From Podospora anserina (Eukaryota), in contig CM030332.1 in assembly GCA_017654855.1 (NCBI GenBank), forward strand, positions 1,302,001 to 1,366,000: DNA of 64,000 nt, read 5' to 3'. The notes beneath the pieces were generated by a model. The model searched no databases. It was not told where the DNA came from and saw nothing but the letters and a program-made list of their open reading frames with translations. Made by a program: the position numbers and the translations under genes. Below are positions 24,804 through 36,449 of this stretch, piece after piece (position 1 is the first letter of the stretch; each line of letters begins with the position of its first letter).

Positions 24804-27730
24804 ATGGCTACTGACGAGGGCTTCAAGCCAAACCTCGAACGAGCCCTAAGCTCTAGCACCGCGAAGCCGGCGTGGTGCATGTTTCAAAAAATTGACGATT
24901 TGTGTCAGTTCGACATTTGGATCATCGGAGTGGGCGAGATTCCTCTGTCGAAGTTTTTATCACAAAGAGTTTGCGGATCGCATCGTTTCCACTGCTCGAT
25001 CTCACCGCCACCCCAAGCTCTGGACACTGGACTCATCCAAATTCAATATTATCCAGTCGGTAGCTTGGATTAGTTGGCTCGACGTTGTCATCTTGACTGC
25101 TGCCAACGAGTCGGGTGCTCCCGAATGCCATGCAGAACCCAGCAGCCTTTGGGTCGCCGAGCGAGGTGCATCACTTAAACATTGCAAATTGTAAGTGGCG
25201 GATGATCAGTTGATAAGATTCTAGAGCTGACCAGCTATAGCGTTGTTAACTCCCCCGACTGGTTTTGCTACTTTGATGATCGGACTCCCTTCCGAGCACA
25301 GTGACGGAAGGCTCTTCTTCCAGTATGGGCGATCGAACAGAAGTTACCCACTCATCTCAGAAAGCTCCAGCTATCTGGCGGCCTGGTGATAACGCCGAAA
25401 CTCCCATAACACTAACACTGAATCTTAACCACTGAATTATAAGTATTCTGATGTCAAGCATGGTTTCCTTCCGGTCTTAACCAGTTTCAGGTGGATGCTC
25501 ACGTTCAACTTGGTCAGACATTCGCCACCTCCCCTTCCTTCTGTCGGCTTCACTCACGGGTTAAGTGGTGACCTATCGCGCCTTCTTGCTACCTGGATGC
25601 CAAACCCCAACGATCATCCGTATCTGTGTCACATCTTGAGCTCTTTCAATCAGGCTGGCCTACCTATCAATTATGCAGCCTATGACTACGTCAACCTTCT
25701 ACAGCAAGAATGTCAATCAACGGGCTTGCTGTCTTTCTTGCTACTTTGGAACGAAAGATAGTTGGCCGCTTGTCGATACCTGAAGCAGACAAGCCACTCC
25801 AGCACCGATTGGTAACGTCAATCCAAGAGGAAAACCACACAATGACACTACACTTGACACCACAACACTTGACACCACAGTTGCAAGTCCCCAACGTGAA
25901 GCTTGATATTGGCAACCTATTGGTGTCGACTTACTTCGACGGGCTGAAACCAGTCGAGGAGCATGTCAAGGAGCACGACGCGGACCAGGTTGGTCAGAAC
26001 AGGTTATACATAGTATGTTGAAACTAACACACGACACAGAAACCGCGGGGTACACAACGATCTCGACTTGCTGTATGTTTTCTTCGTATGAGTCTGGTGA
26101 ACTAGGTTGACTGACGTATATAGGCGGTTGTCCTGATTCCCTACCAGAATCTCCGTGCCATGACTGGTGCCTTCACAACCCCGGCTATCACGGAGTGCTT
26201 CATCACTCAAGCGCTTGCAGATTATCTTCCACGTGCAGATTTGTGGTTTCAAATCAAGACATTCTGCATGGAAGCTCACATCCAAAGCTGGCCCGAAGAC
26301 ACAATCTTGCTCACCATCGAGGCGTCTCTTCGTGCTCAAGATTACGAAGCCTTTGTGCATGTTGCCAGCAATGGGCAGATTGAGTCATCTCAAAAACTGG
26401 TCTCCGCAGTTGAGAAGGCTGTCATGATGAGGCCGGGTTGCATTCATCATCCGCTGTTACAGAAAGCGTAGGCTTCTCACCATCCAACAATGGTCTCGGT
26501 TCACCAACTGATATCAGCATGACAATTCTAGGCTGTCTTCTGTCCTCGAAACAATCTACCGTATCCACGCACGCTTCGCCCCCATCAAAGCCTTTTCTCA
26601 GTTCTTCACCCAAAATGACTCCTGCCAGGCGTTTTTGTCTGCGGAACTGGTGAAATTGGTAACTTTGGCTCAGAATTATCAGAATCTGGGAAGGTTGGAT
26701 AGGAAGAGCCTCGGAGCGTCAGACGGCGTTGCCCTTGTGGATCTTGGTCTTGACTGTTTGGATGTCGGCTTTCTAGAGTTCAGGTACGTGAACATGTACA
26801 TGTTGGTGGATCCCAGCACACCATGCTAAAAGCGTATTTTAGAATCATGCCAATTGTTTCAGACCCCCGGGCTGGGCTGTCTGTAATTCTTGGATTCATT
26901 CAGAGATTGCTCGAGAGAACGGTGGTCCACGACATCCAGCATGATACTGCCCTTGGACTGTACCAAAAGTTGGAAACCTCGAGTCTCTCGAAGCTTCATT
27001 TCGAGAATCTCACTCGTGAGACACAACAGTCTTCAAAGTACTGGTAGGATTGCCATCTTCCTCAATTTTCTCCGGCAACAATATGGACTCAATATAACTA
27101 TACCAGTTGCCCTGGGATCTTAATCCCCATTGATATGGTACCCGCCATATTTCAAGATCTAGAGCGACTTGGCTGGGTTAAACAAGCGTCAAATCTTGCA
27201 AATGCCGTGGCCAAGAAGGCTCCTTTCTTTCGCAGCCTGGAACTGGATCACCTTTGGGTTGCTGCAAAGAAAGTAGGTGAGCAAAAGCTTCATCGATAGT
27301 AGCAGCGACGATATAAACTGCCCTGGGCAGTACGAACCTGTGATCGAATCCCTTATTCAATACCAACATTTTTCCCCCTTCAACCTCCCAATCAATCCAA
27401 AGTGCTCCATCCTCGCTTAGACGAAATACCGGCCAAGTGGCGGGAGCGAGCGTTGCACGAGGAACTGAGCTGTGATCAATGCATTGCCGCTTCTTTGGAT
27501 TTTGGAGCTCTTCCTCGTCGCTGTTGTTCGAATCTCCTTGTCCCCTTACCAGAACTGGTGCCGTGGATCATGGCGCGGGAGCGGTATCACCTCGCGTCCT
27601 CGTTTTCTTTTCTCGCGTGAGTTCATCGCTGGGCAGAACGAAACGAATTTCTGTTGATGGTTTTTTCTGTCGTGACGTAGACCATCCTCCAATCCAAGAG
27701 GAGAGAGAAAAGCGTGCCGTCCATAGGTAG
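24804..27730 (+). pseudogene. Decayed multi-exon gene of the large fungal Fe(II)/2-oxoglutarate dioxygenase-domain family; 3' end approximate
   Basis: Family-like blocks in shifting frames: GVGEIPL, LWTLDSSKF..AW, FATLMIGLPSEH.DG, W-YSDVKH..LPV...RWMLTFNL, FLATLERK..G, AVVLIP; intact introns at 25191-25240, 25812-25880, 26013-26123, 26468-26531, 26784-26842; apparent frameshifts near 24955, 25265 and 25723; in-frame TAG at 27045. Confidence 0.65.
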
Positions 27731-27949
27731 GTATCTGATAAAGTTTGTTAGTCATGGGTTGAACTGTGAAGCTTCTCGAACCTAACGTATCGGCGGGAAG
27801 GGGGCGTGGCGCTAGGTCCAGAGATCTCATCGAACCAAATTGGTAACATGGGCACGTCGAGATCAAGGGCGACAACCGTTGTGGCGCTTGCTCGCCATGC
27901 ATATACCATCGTTTGAGCTCGTGTACTCGGGGTGTGAGATAGCAGGAGA

Positions 27950-28020
27950 GGATCCATTTGAGTGACTGATATCACCGGAGGAATCTGCCAGGTAGGTGGT
28001 AGCTTAAGCTCGTACGCCAT
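27950..28020 (-). mobile_element. Short Ty3/Gypsy pol relic (SH3-like segment downstream of integrase)
   Basis: AYELKLPPTWQIPPVISVTQMDP resembles the AY.L.LP..W.IHPV.SV..LEP motif of chromovirus pol; no RT, integrase core or LTR seen around it. Confidence 0.5.
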
Positions 28021-28176
28021 CGTTTGGCCTGCGAGCTACCTACCAACCATCCCAAGGAAACTCAACAGTGAATTCCACTCCAATATGGCCCATTTCGCCA
28101 ATATAACAGCTTATGCGATTCATATTAGGGATAATAATCCGGACACCACTTCCAACAGCCACACAAAGGAAAAAAG

Positions 28177-28262
28177 GCGCGGTTAGTTTAGTGGTTAGAA
28201 TCCTCGCTTCCCATCACCTCTTGGTCTAGCGAGGGACCCGGGTTCGAATCCCGGATCGCGCA
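28177..28262 (+). tRNA. tRNA-Gly(CCC) with a 14-nt intron (28214-28227)
   Basis: Acceptor stem GCGCGGT/ATCGCGC, A box TAGTTTAGTGG, anticodon stem CTCGC/GCGAG with loop TT-CCC-A, T arm CCGGG-TTCGAAT-CCCGG, T-rich tract downstream. Confidence 0.95.
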
Positions 28263-29086
28263 ATTGCGCCTGTTCCTTCTCTTTTGCTTTTTCTGCTTGT
28301 GGCTTTGATTGATATCTTGTGTGAGCGTTCTCTGCTGCTTTTTAGCTAATTGCAAATGGATTGGTGTAGGGGTAATCATCCCAGTTGTCGGGGGAGTTTC
28401 CCATGGTCCAATGATGTTATTCCAAACGTAGGCTTCCATGCAACACCAACCGACTGTGACAGGCACCGCCGTGAGGCTACATTCAACTCAAGGTCAAGAG
28501 CAATGAATGTTTAGAGGAAAGCCCCGGAAATTGCAGTCATCTGATTCTCAGGGACCATGGAGAGACAAGTTTCGACCTGGAACAGACTACCAACTAAGCC
28601 CTTGGCCTCGACGAAGCCAGATCCAGATGCAGCAGTGGCTTTTGAGGCTAGATGTCAAAAGTTCCACGAATAGCAGCAACACCACTTGCTCTGTTCCATG
28701 CTGTCGAGCAAAGAGCACTTCGTTCCAGGACGAGGACATACGGAAGAGAAGGGGGCTTGGCGGTGTGTTAGAAGCTATATAAAGTGATTTGCATCACCTC
28801 TGTTGGTGGACACTCGTTTGTGGCGATGTATTATCAGACAAGGGGGAAGCAATGACAGCTTTGACTGGCGTCAAACATTCTTTGCGGGAGATATGGTGTA
28901 TATAGATCTGATTTCGACAATTTGACATTCCTATTTCCAGGGCCTGATTGTACCCCGTTCCGTAACGCAAAAAAACAAATCAGCTTAACAAATGAGAAAG
29001 GAGATGTTCATAACCTGCTGTGATATCATTCCACCCCAATGGCCTCTCAAACGCCCATCTTGCACCGCATCATTTGAGCGGAAGGA

Positions 29087-30412
29087 TCAGAGTAACCCTT
29101 TTGCTCGATCGCACTCTTCAATAAAGCGGTATATGCCTTCGAGTCCTTCATAATCCCCTGAGTTGCTCGAACCAAGATCAAGTGGCGTGGCACTCTCATA
29201 GCCTTCTTCATAATCTTCCAGCGAGGACAAGTGCCAAGGGTTCTCTTCGATCTCCTTCACAAAAAACGCCTCTTCGATATCTGAAGACTCGGAATCGTGT
29301 GACCGAAGCGATCCCCCAGGGGAAGTTATTGTATTAGCACAGCTTCCACCTGGTGCAAAAGGGAACCGAAGCGCGACTGGCACCCCGGCACTGGCATCAA
29401 AGTCTGGGTCCTGCCCAATAACGCCCCGTTGGACACCGATGTCATCACACAAGCGTTCAACCGTTTGCGCGTCGACACCTGGAAATCGTATCCTCAGAAC
29501 GTTGCCCTTTTCCAATGCGATTGGTAGGTCCCCCAGGTCAGCCACTTTCTTCAGATCAGTCATGACGGCGGCGAGATCCTTGAGGACACGCGCGAAGTCA
29601 ACGGACAGAACGTCTAGAAAGCCTTCCTTATTGAGAGTGGTAGCGCCCTTGGCGGCAGCAGCTCCGAGGGGAAGAGCAGCACCGAGAGGGCTGAGAGCAG
29701 TGATCGTGGGACCAACCTGGAAGTCGATGAATGATCCAGGGGCATTTCGAGGGGTGTAACCCATGCGAGCACGCGCTGCCTCCTGAGTAGCACCTACAGC
29801 TCGATACCTCTTCTCGCCGTTGGGTCCAAGACCGTCATATCTTGCCCGCTGACCAGAAAGCCAGAAAGCCCTCATGGCTTGGCTCACATTCTGAACCACC
29901 TGAGCCGGAGCCGCGGGAGTATGGCTGAAGAATCGCGCTCCTCCAGTTCGTCCACAACCAGGCATCGCATATCCTCCAGCTGTTCTTGGAAGAGCACCAC
30001 CGGTGAGATTGGGGCGAAGAGTGGATGCGAATGGTGCCCGAGAGGTGAGCTGGGCTACAGCTCGGGAAGTGTTGGAGATGGGAAGCTTGGAACGATCAAA
30101 GCGGAAGCCACTGGCATTCGATTGACCGGCATTGCCGGTGCTGAGGTAACGACGAACGGCAGCGTTGAAGTTGGCAGTAGAATACCACTTTGATCCTCCG
30201 GCGCGCTTTTGCTGACGCAGAAAGGCCGCAGGGTGAATAGGCTGGCGCGGGTTGCTTCGAATGGCGATGGGTTGAAGTTCAGCAACAGTGGCTCGGGTGG
30301 CGGCGAGCTTGGAGCGGACGAGCTTGGCCACCATTTTGGAGGTGCTTGCGAGATTCTTGCGAAGTGCTCGCAGTGCGGCCGTAGCCAGCACGCCTCCGGC
30401 GGACGGAGACAT
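29087..30412 (-). CDS. Conserved fungal protein, Spg5-like (stationary phase protein 5 family; tentative)
   Basis: 441-aa ORF; RAPFASTLRPNLTGG, FSHTPAAPAQVVQNVSQAMRAF, LGDLPI...LRIRFPG, C-terminal YEGLEGIYRFIEECD. Family name is from memory. Confidence 0.75.
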   Translation of the reverse strand: MSPSAGGVLATAALRALRKNLASTSKMVAKLVRSKLAATRATVAELQPIAIRSNPRQPIHPAAFLRQQKRAGGSKWYSTANFNAAVRRYLSTGNAGQSNASGFRFDRSKLPISNTSRAVAQLTSRAPFASTLRPNLTGGALPRTAGGYAMPGCGRTGGARFFSHTPAAPAQVVQNVSQAMRAFWLSGQRARYDGLGPNGEKRYRAVGATQEAARARMGYTPRNAPGSFIDFQVGPTITALSPLGAALPLGAAAAKGATTLNKEGFLDVLSVDFARVLKDLAAVMTDLKKVADLGDLPIALEKGNVLRIRFPGVDAQTVERLCDDIGVQRGVIGQDPDFDASAGVPVALRFPFAPGGSCANTITSPGGSLRSHDSESSDIEEAFFVKEIEENPWHLSSLEDYEEGYESATPLDLGSSNSGDYEGLEGIYRFIEECDRAKGLL

Positions 30413-32646
30413 GGTGGCTTGAAACAGTCGCTGAAGTTTCAGTGCCTGTTCGAGCAGAGAGGCCTCGTGGATGATGAGGAAGCAAGAGGATGTTCAGAGG
30501 AGGCGGGTGCACCGCCTTACATACGTAGATCAGTTATCGATAAGCGTTTCGCCACGGCAGATGTGCCTTGCCAAGAATGATGGCAACTGGGGTCAGGTGG
30601 AGCGCCAAGGTTCGTTGCTAGCGAATGGATCTGCAACTCCCGGGGAATGCACTTAACGAGAGCGTCTTCCGGACTATGCATCTATCGCGTTGTACCGGAT
30701 TATTTATGGGTCGCCAGTTGAAGCGGCCGTTCCCTTATCTTATCGAGCCCCCACAGCGATTGGTTTTTTAATAGCTCCAAAATTTTCCCCAAGCTCGCAA
30801 AGCTTTCCCTTCTCCCACAACACCACGCAGAGGAAAGCGCGCACGTCGCATTTCCTCGGCTTCGACCTCCATTTGGCAAGGTAAGCTCATCTTCTCATTA
30901 ATTCCTTCTGCACCAAAGACCGCTCCTATGATGATATCACAAATCATTGAACAATCCAACTCCGACCACGCCGTGGGGATAACCTTTCGACTGAGAGCAC
31001 ACGAATCGCAACAAATTGTCTGGAGCGGGTGTTTTTCGCGACAGGTGCTAACGTCCTTCCAGTGTCGATGGAGATTCAATTGCCGACCAATTCAACTTGA
31101 ATCATCCCTCACCAACAACTTCGTCTCAAAAGGTTCGTCGACTTTTTCTTTCTTTCACCCTCCTGCCTTGGTGATGATAGAAAACCAATAGGAATTCCTC
31201 ATTCTTAATAAACCATGTGGAATCACCGTTATATAAGTTTCAGCCTTGTCTGACTTTGGCACCGCTTCTCGATTGTCTACTGCCTCTTGTTTCATCGCAG
31301 CGATGCTAACGTTCAATCGTGCAGGTATGCTCAAGCCCATTCTCTCTCCACATCCCAAGACACCATGACGAAGATTTGAACGAACGGGCGGACATAAACG
31401 AAGCCTCTCTGGCTCTCTTCATCAAAAGCGGGACTGTACATCCTGTGAGGGGGGTTGGAGAGAAATTCTTGTTGAGAACTCGTCACCTGATTGTGCCGTT
31501 GTCTTTTCGCTTGACAAACGCTTGCCAGGACATGAGCCGTTGACTAACATTGCCGTGCTCAGGTAATTCATTCTCCCTCTTCTTCTTGGCTGGCAACACT
31601 ATCAATATGATGATGCGATATTCACACTGTTTGATCCGCCTTCGGGTTGGAAATGAACATATAAACAAAATCTGATTTAATGAGGTATGTTGGACCCTGG
31701 CTCCTTGCCAGAGAGGTCATTCGCTAACATGATACAGCCTGAGACTTGATAACGAAACAACGACTTCGTTTACTGGACCAAGTTTTGGAATCCATGCTGA
31801 CCAACTTTGGTGGTCAGGTAATATCGTAGCGTCACGAGCTCTCACCTTGACTGCAAAGATGTAAGCATCTTCTCTCGCTCTCCCCTTCACTGCTTTCTTC
31901 CCTGCCTTGCGGATGATACCCTTTCCTACCTGCATTTGACTCTGAGTTCATTCTGATGAGACAATTTTCACCTTGGAGAACTGATGAGGTTCTTCATGTG
32001 CTTTCATGACACCATTCCTTTTGCTGGACTCTGCTGACTGTCCTCTAGTGTTGTTAGTCTTTTGGTCGGATGAGGTTCGGGCTGGTGTAGATATATCATG
32101 GTGGCTTTTGCTGCTATCAATACAATGACTTTGTCACAACTTTCTGTTCTCATGCTTCTGTCCGTGTGTTTGGTGATGTTGCCCATGTCTTGCAAGAGCT
32201 GTCTTGATCTTTGGGACGGTGGCTCTGCATGACGGGTCTGTTGTCTGTGTTGACGGTAGTAGGCCCAAGACGTGTTGTTGTTCCACGCAATAGCTGTATG
32301 TATCTTACACCACACCGTGTTGAACCTGGAAGCTTTGCATCGGTCCTGCCATGATCAACTGAGCTCAAGATCAACAGCACCACACATTGTCATGTTGGGT
32401 CCCAATGGTAAACCACTCTATTGTCAATTTGTCTTGCTGATCAACAGCTGTCCCGCCGCCATATTTAGGATTAAAGGTTCTTGTCCCGTTCAGAGTTCTA
32501 CTCTGTAATAGTGTCCTCCTCCTCCTCCCCCGAGGAAAGAAGTCCGGTTGTTGCCATCATTTAATACCCAACCCCCCCAACTCTTGGTAATACTTACTGC
32601 ACTCCTCACATCTCATCTCTTCGGCCATGAGCAACAACTGAGCCCT

Positions 32647-34194
32647 CTAGATCTTCAGCTGCAACCTGGCATTCCACCCGACAATACACCTCACCAAATC
32701 CCAATCACCCCCATGCCCAACCCAATCCGTCACCACCACCCCAGTCGCCGCATCCCCCACCACCTTATCACCCAAACTCCCCTTCCCTTCCACAGCATGG
32801 TTCCGACAAAGATACTCAACCATCCTCGGATTGACCTTTCCCGCAATACGATCCGGCCAAAGACTCGAGTTGAAAAAGCTGGACGCCGACAAAAAGTTGA
32901 TATAAAGCGGCATCTCCTCCCTCTGTGCCCTCAACTCCTCCACCCCACACGGCAACCTCAAGCACATCCTCGCCGACCTCTCCAGCTCCCGACAAGCATA
33001 GTCAATCTTGCTCTCAATCTGCTCCACCCTCCCAACCTCATAAAAATCCTGTATCCTGATCCTCCCCGAACCGCAAACCCCATCCGCCACATTATCCGGC
33101 CATACTGACCCATCAATCCCCCCCTCCTCCTCCCCCAGCCCCTCACAACAATACCTCCTGACAAGCACCACCTTCCCCCTCACCTCCCCCAGACTGGGTA
33201 TCCTCCCCTTCGTATACCACCTATCACTCCCCAGATACCACTTTCTCAAAATCTTCCCAAACAACTGATCACCTCCCCTCCCCGTCCCCTCCCTTTTCAG
33301 TGACATCATCACCGTCTCCGTCGGCCTCTCCTCTAGGAAACAATAAACCTCCTCCAGCAACCCACTCAAATACCTCGCCCCGCTCAGCGCAACAGGAAAA
33401 GCAGCATGCACTAACGCCAGCTCCGGCCTCTCGGGCTGGTCGACATCCAAATTAGGGCAGTTGACCCTCACGTCCAAAAACCTAACCCCATTGTCCAGCT
33501 GCTCCGTCACGGTCACCGCCTGGCATCGCACGCTAGGCAAGGCCACATGACATGTAGCACTGTTGTGCGTGCCGGGTATGCTCAGCGAACTGAGCGGTAT
33601 CTCATCCGGCAGTTTTGACATCCAGCTCGCAAGCTGCGCAGAGGAAAACAGGGCGAGGTAAGGCACATGAGGGAGGTAAATCGCGGTAATCTCCTTGGCC
33701 GTGGCATTGTTCTCACCGATAAAAACCAGCTCGATGGATTTTTCGGATAAGCCCGGTATTTCGCAGGTGTATCTGTTGGATGGGCAGGTTGTTTCTGAAA
33801 AGGTGAGACGGAGCTGCTCCCCTTGGTGGTGGCAGTCTTCTGACGGGGGGAAGACGGTCGTTGGGGATTCCATAAAGGGCGCCAAAGGGACGGAGAGGGC
33901 CTGGCTGGCGGTTACGAGCCGGGGTTTTGGGTCGTGGTGGAAGGGGTTGTTGCATCCGGAGTTGTTGTTGGAAGAGGCGGGGGAGGAACGGCCGCCCCGG
34001 CCGGCAATCATGCGGGTGATGTTATTCAGCCCGAGGTTGCTCTCCTGGGGGAGGACGATGAAGGCGGGTGGTGGCTCGAGGCGCTCGACGAGCGTGAGCT
34101 CCAGGGGTGTGATGGTGAGGTTGCGGATGGTGATTGTTTCGGGGGGCATGGCTACTACCTGGCAGTGCCGGGGACGGGAGGTGTTGGAGCCCAT
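32647..34194 (-). CDS. Phosphatidylinositol-specific phospholipase C, bacterial-type X domain
   Basis: WM..LPD..PLSSLSIPGTHNS, CQ..TVTEQLDNGVRFLDVR, FL...PTETVMMSLKREG, IPSLGEVRGKVVLVRRY, IQDFY, LYINFLSAS. Confidence 0.92.
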   Translation of the reverse strand: MGSNTSRPRHCQVVAMPPETITIRNLTITPLELTLVERLEPPPAFIVLPQESNLGLNNITRMIAGRGGRSSPASSNNNSGCNNPFHHDPKPRLVTASQALSVPLAPFMESPTTVFPPSEDCHHQGEQLRLTFSETTCPSNRYTCEIPGLSEKSIELVFIGENNATAKEITAIYLPHVPYLALFSSAQLASWMSKLPDEIPLSSLSIPGTHNSATCHVALPSVRCQAVTVTEQLDNGVRFLDVRVNCPNLDVDQPERPELALVHAAFPVALSGARYLSGLLEEVYCFLEERPTETVMMSLKREGTGRGGDQLFGKILRKWYLGSDRWYTKGRIPSLGEVRGKVVLVRRYCCEGLGEEEGGIDGSVWPDNVADGVCGSGRIRIQDFYEVGRVEQIESKIDYACRELERSARMCLRLPCGVEELRAQREEMPLYINFLSASSFFNSSLWPDRIAGKVNPRMVEYLCRNHAVEGKGSLGDKVVGDAATGVVVTDWVGHGGDWDLVRCIVGWNARLQLKI

Positions 34195-35927
34195 GGTGGG
34201 TGGTGGGAAAAACGGGGGGTATATATATCGACGACGAAACGGGGATCAATGCGTTCCAAGTGTAGGGTTGGATGGGGGTGATAATAAATGAGTGGGAAAT
34301 GTATGATGATTAGAGATGGGATACTATGCTCATGATTACGCAAAAGACGACAAGTTGCAGAATGTTGTTGCGAACTCCAAGAAAGTTGGTGTTCTTGAAT
34401 ATCAGATGGCGCCCAAAGCTCAAGCACAGCCCCTTGGGGACGATCGCGACTGCTTTGCCCAACGGTTCGTCGAAGCTGATTGGGTGACCCGGTTCCAAGG
34501 CGGTGGCTTTCAGCTGATTGCAGATCTCGGATCGCACCGCTCCTTCCACGTTCAAACGTCGGCAAGGCTGAGGCGGAGGCTGAACGAGGCTTGTTTTGAT
34601 TGAAATGAGGTTGGCCAGGAGCTTCAAAAGAACCCTAACATCATCAACGCTCAAGGGGTTCAGGATTACATAAGCTAACCCCCATCTTTAGCACCATCTG
34701 CAACGACATCTCTTGATTTGGGAAGCACTGATGAAATTGATGGGACATTCATAGGATATACTCCATAGTTGTTTAAATCTTTGAGATATGATCAGCCTTG
34801 CTGGAACTATCTACCGTGAAGAATACTGTGGGTGACCAAACACACACCATTCAAAAAGGGAAGAAGATGTAAGACCCGTATCTGTACCATAACGAGCAAC
34901 TTCATCGTTACGGCTTTTTCGAGGCCTCTTGATTAGTCTACGGCATACGGGCTATCAAGATAGCCCTAGACTCACCAAACATAGAGCATGTGCGTTTGGT
35001 GAGCTTTTCTAGCCGGTTTGCAGTGAATTGCGCTGTCAAGGAAGCACCGGAATCCATCACAATCAGTCGCTACTCTCCAAGAGCATGAAGCTCTACGTAC
35101 CGAGATCCAGACTCGGCCGACCGGGCAGAAACGGGAACAACCGGACCCGAGAGTGTTTTACCAGCTCCTATCCCGCGACCCTCCACCGGATATATGCGAG
35201 ATACTGGCGATTCACAACTGTGTCCTCGCCCGACACGCACCAAGGCCATCGTTACAGCCGGACCACTCAAGCCCAAGCCCTGGAGCTCCGAAGGTCCTGT
35301 CCGTGAAATATAAACAGACTGCCACCCCTGAGGTCGCAGACGGCACTGGTTGCCGAGTCTCGGATATGTTTGCTGGAGCCTCAGAATGCTACCCACCACA
35401 CCGGGCGCCAGCAGTTTGGTCCTTCCGGCTCCTCTATCCGAAAAGCCCAGCGGGCTTGTCCCGTCAGCCTTGTTTATCATGCAGGAACAATTTGATGAAA
35501 AGAGCGCCACCCCGGGTCCGAACTGCAGTACTGCACCGATGGCCCGCGACAACGTCCCGGGTCAGCCCATACTGCAAAAGCACCCGTATTTAGGTGCAAA
35601 TATCCCCAGCACCTGGTAAATGTTGTCCCAGCGCGGAGGTTGCGCGTTTGGAATCGGACGTCCGTCAGTTGGTAATTAAATCCAAGTCGGAGATAGCTGG
35701 GTAAATTTAGCCGCCAATATCAGACTCTCAGCGAGCAGCATCTCTGCCCACCGCAAAGCCCAAGTCCGGTTGAAACCAAGGGGAATAGCATCGTAACCAC
35801 CAACGAAACCTGTGTATAAGTAGAAACGAGATGGCAAGCCAAAGGATCATCTTCAGCAAGCTCATCAGCCTTCATCAGCATCCTCTAGCATTCATCAGCA
35901 GACTCGCCAGTCCTCACCACCGCCAAC

Positions 35928-36449
35928 ATGCGCTTCTCCGCTCTTGCCATCGCCGCCCTCGCCACCTCGGCGACGGCCTTTCCCACCTTGGGCTCAATCT
36001 TCTCCCGCCAGGCTGAAAAGGCCTGCATGACTGAGGCTGAAGCCAAGGAAATCGTCGACATCTATGTCCGCCTCATCTCCAACTACCAGCCTGAGGACTG
36101 CGAGAAGTACTGCGCTTCCGACTTTGTCGACCGCTCCGACAGCATCAACACCTTCATCTTCCGCCCTCTCGGCGAGCCCACCTTCGCGACCAAGGAGATC
36201 TTCATGGAGGCGCAACTCTCCAACCCTCCCTTCCCTGTTGTTGTCGACGTGGTCGACGCCGTCGCCTGCGAGGCCATTGCGCTCCGCTGGCACGCTACTT
36301 TTGGCGCCGCCAACCTGCCCAGCAGAGGCATCACCATCATCGGTACCACCAAGCGCGAGGGTCACTGGCAAATCCGGAGCCTCGACCTCGAGTTCAACAG
36401 CTTGATCTGGCTCCTCAACATGGGCGGCTCCTACGTGTGGGAGGGCTAA
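35928..36449 (+). CDS. Small secreted protein, probable NTF2/SnoaL-like fold
   Basis: Signal peptide MRFSALAIAALATSATA; DFVDRSDSIN, IALRW, RGITII, WQI....EFNS..W; strong codon bias; TATAAG at ~35815. Confidence 0.85.
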   Translation: MRFSALAIAALATSATAFPTLGSIFSRQAEKACMTEAEAKEIVDIYVRLISNYQPEDCEKYCASDFVDRSDSINTFIFRPLGEPTFATKEIFMEAQLSNPPFPVVVDVVDAVACEAIALRWHATFGAANLPSRGITIIGTTKREGHWQIRSLDLEFNSLIWLLNMGGSYVWEG

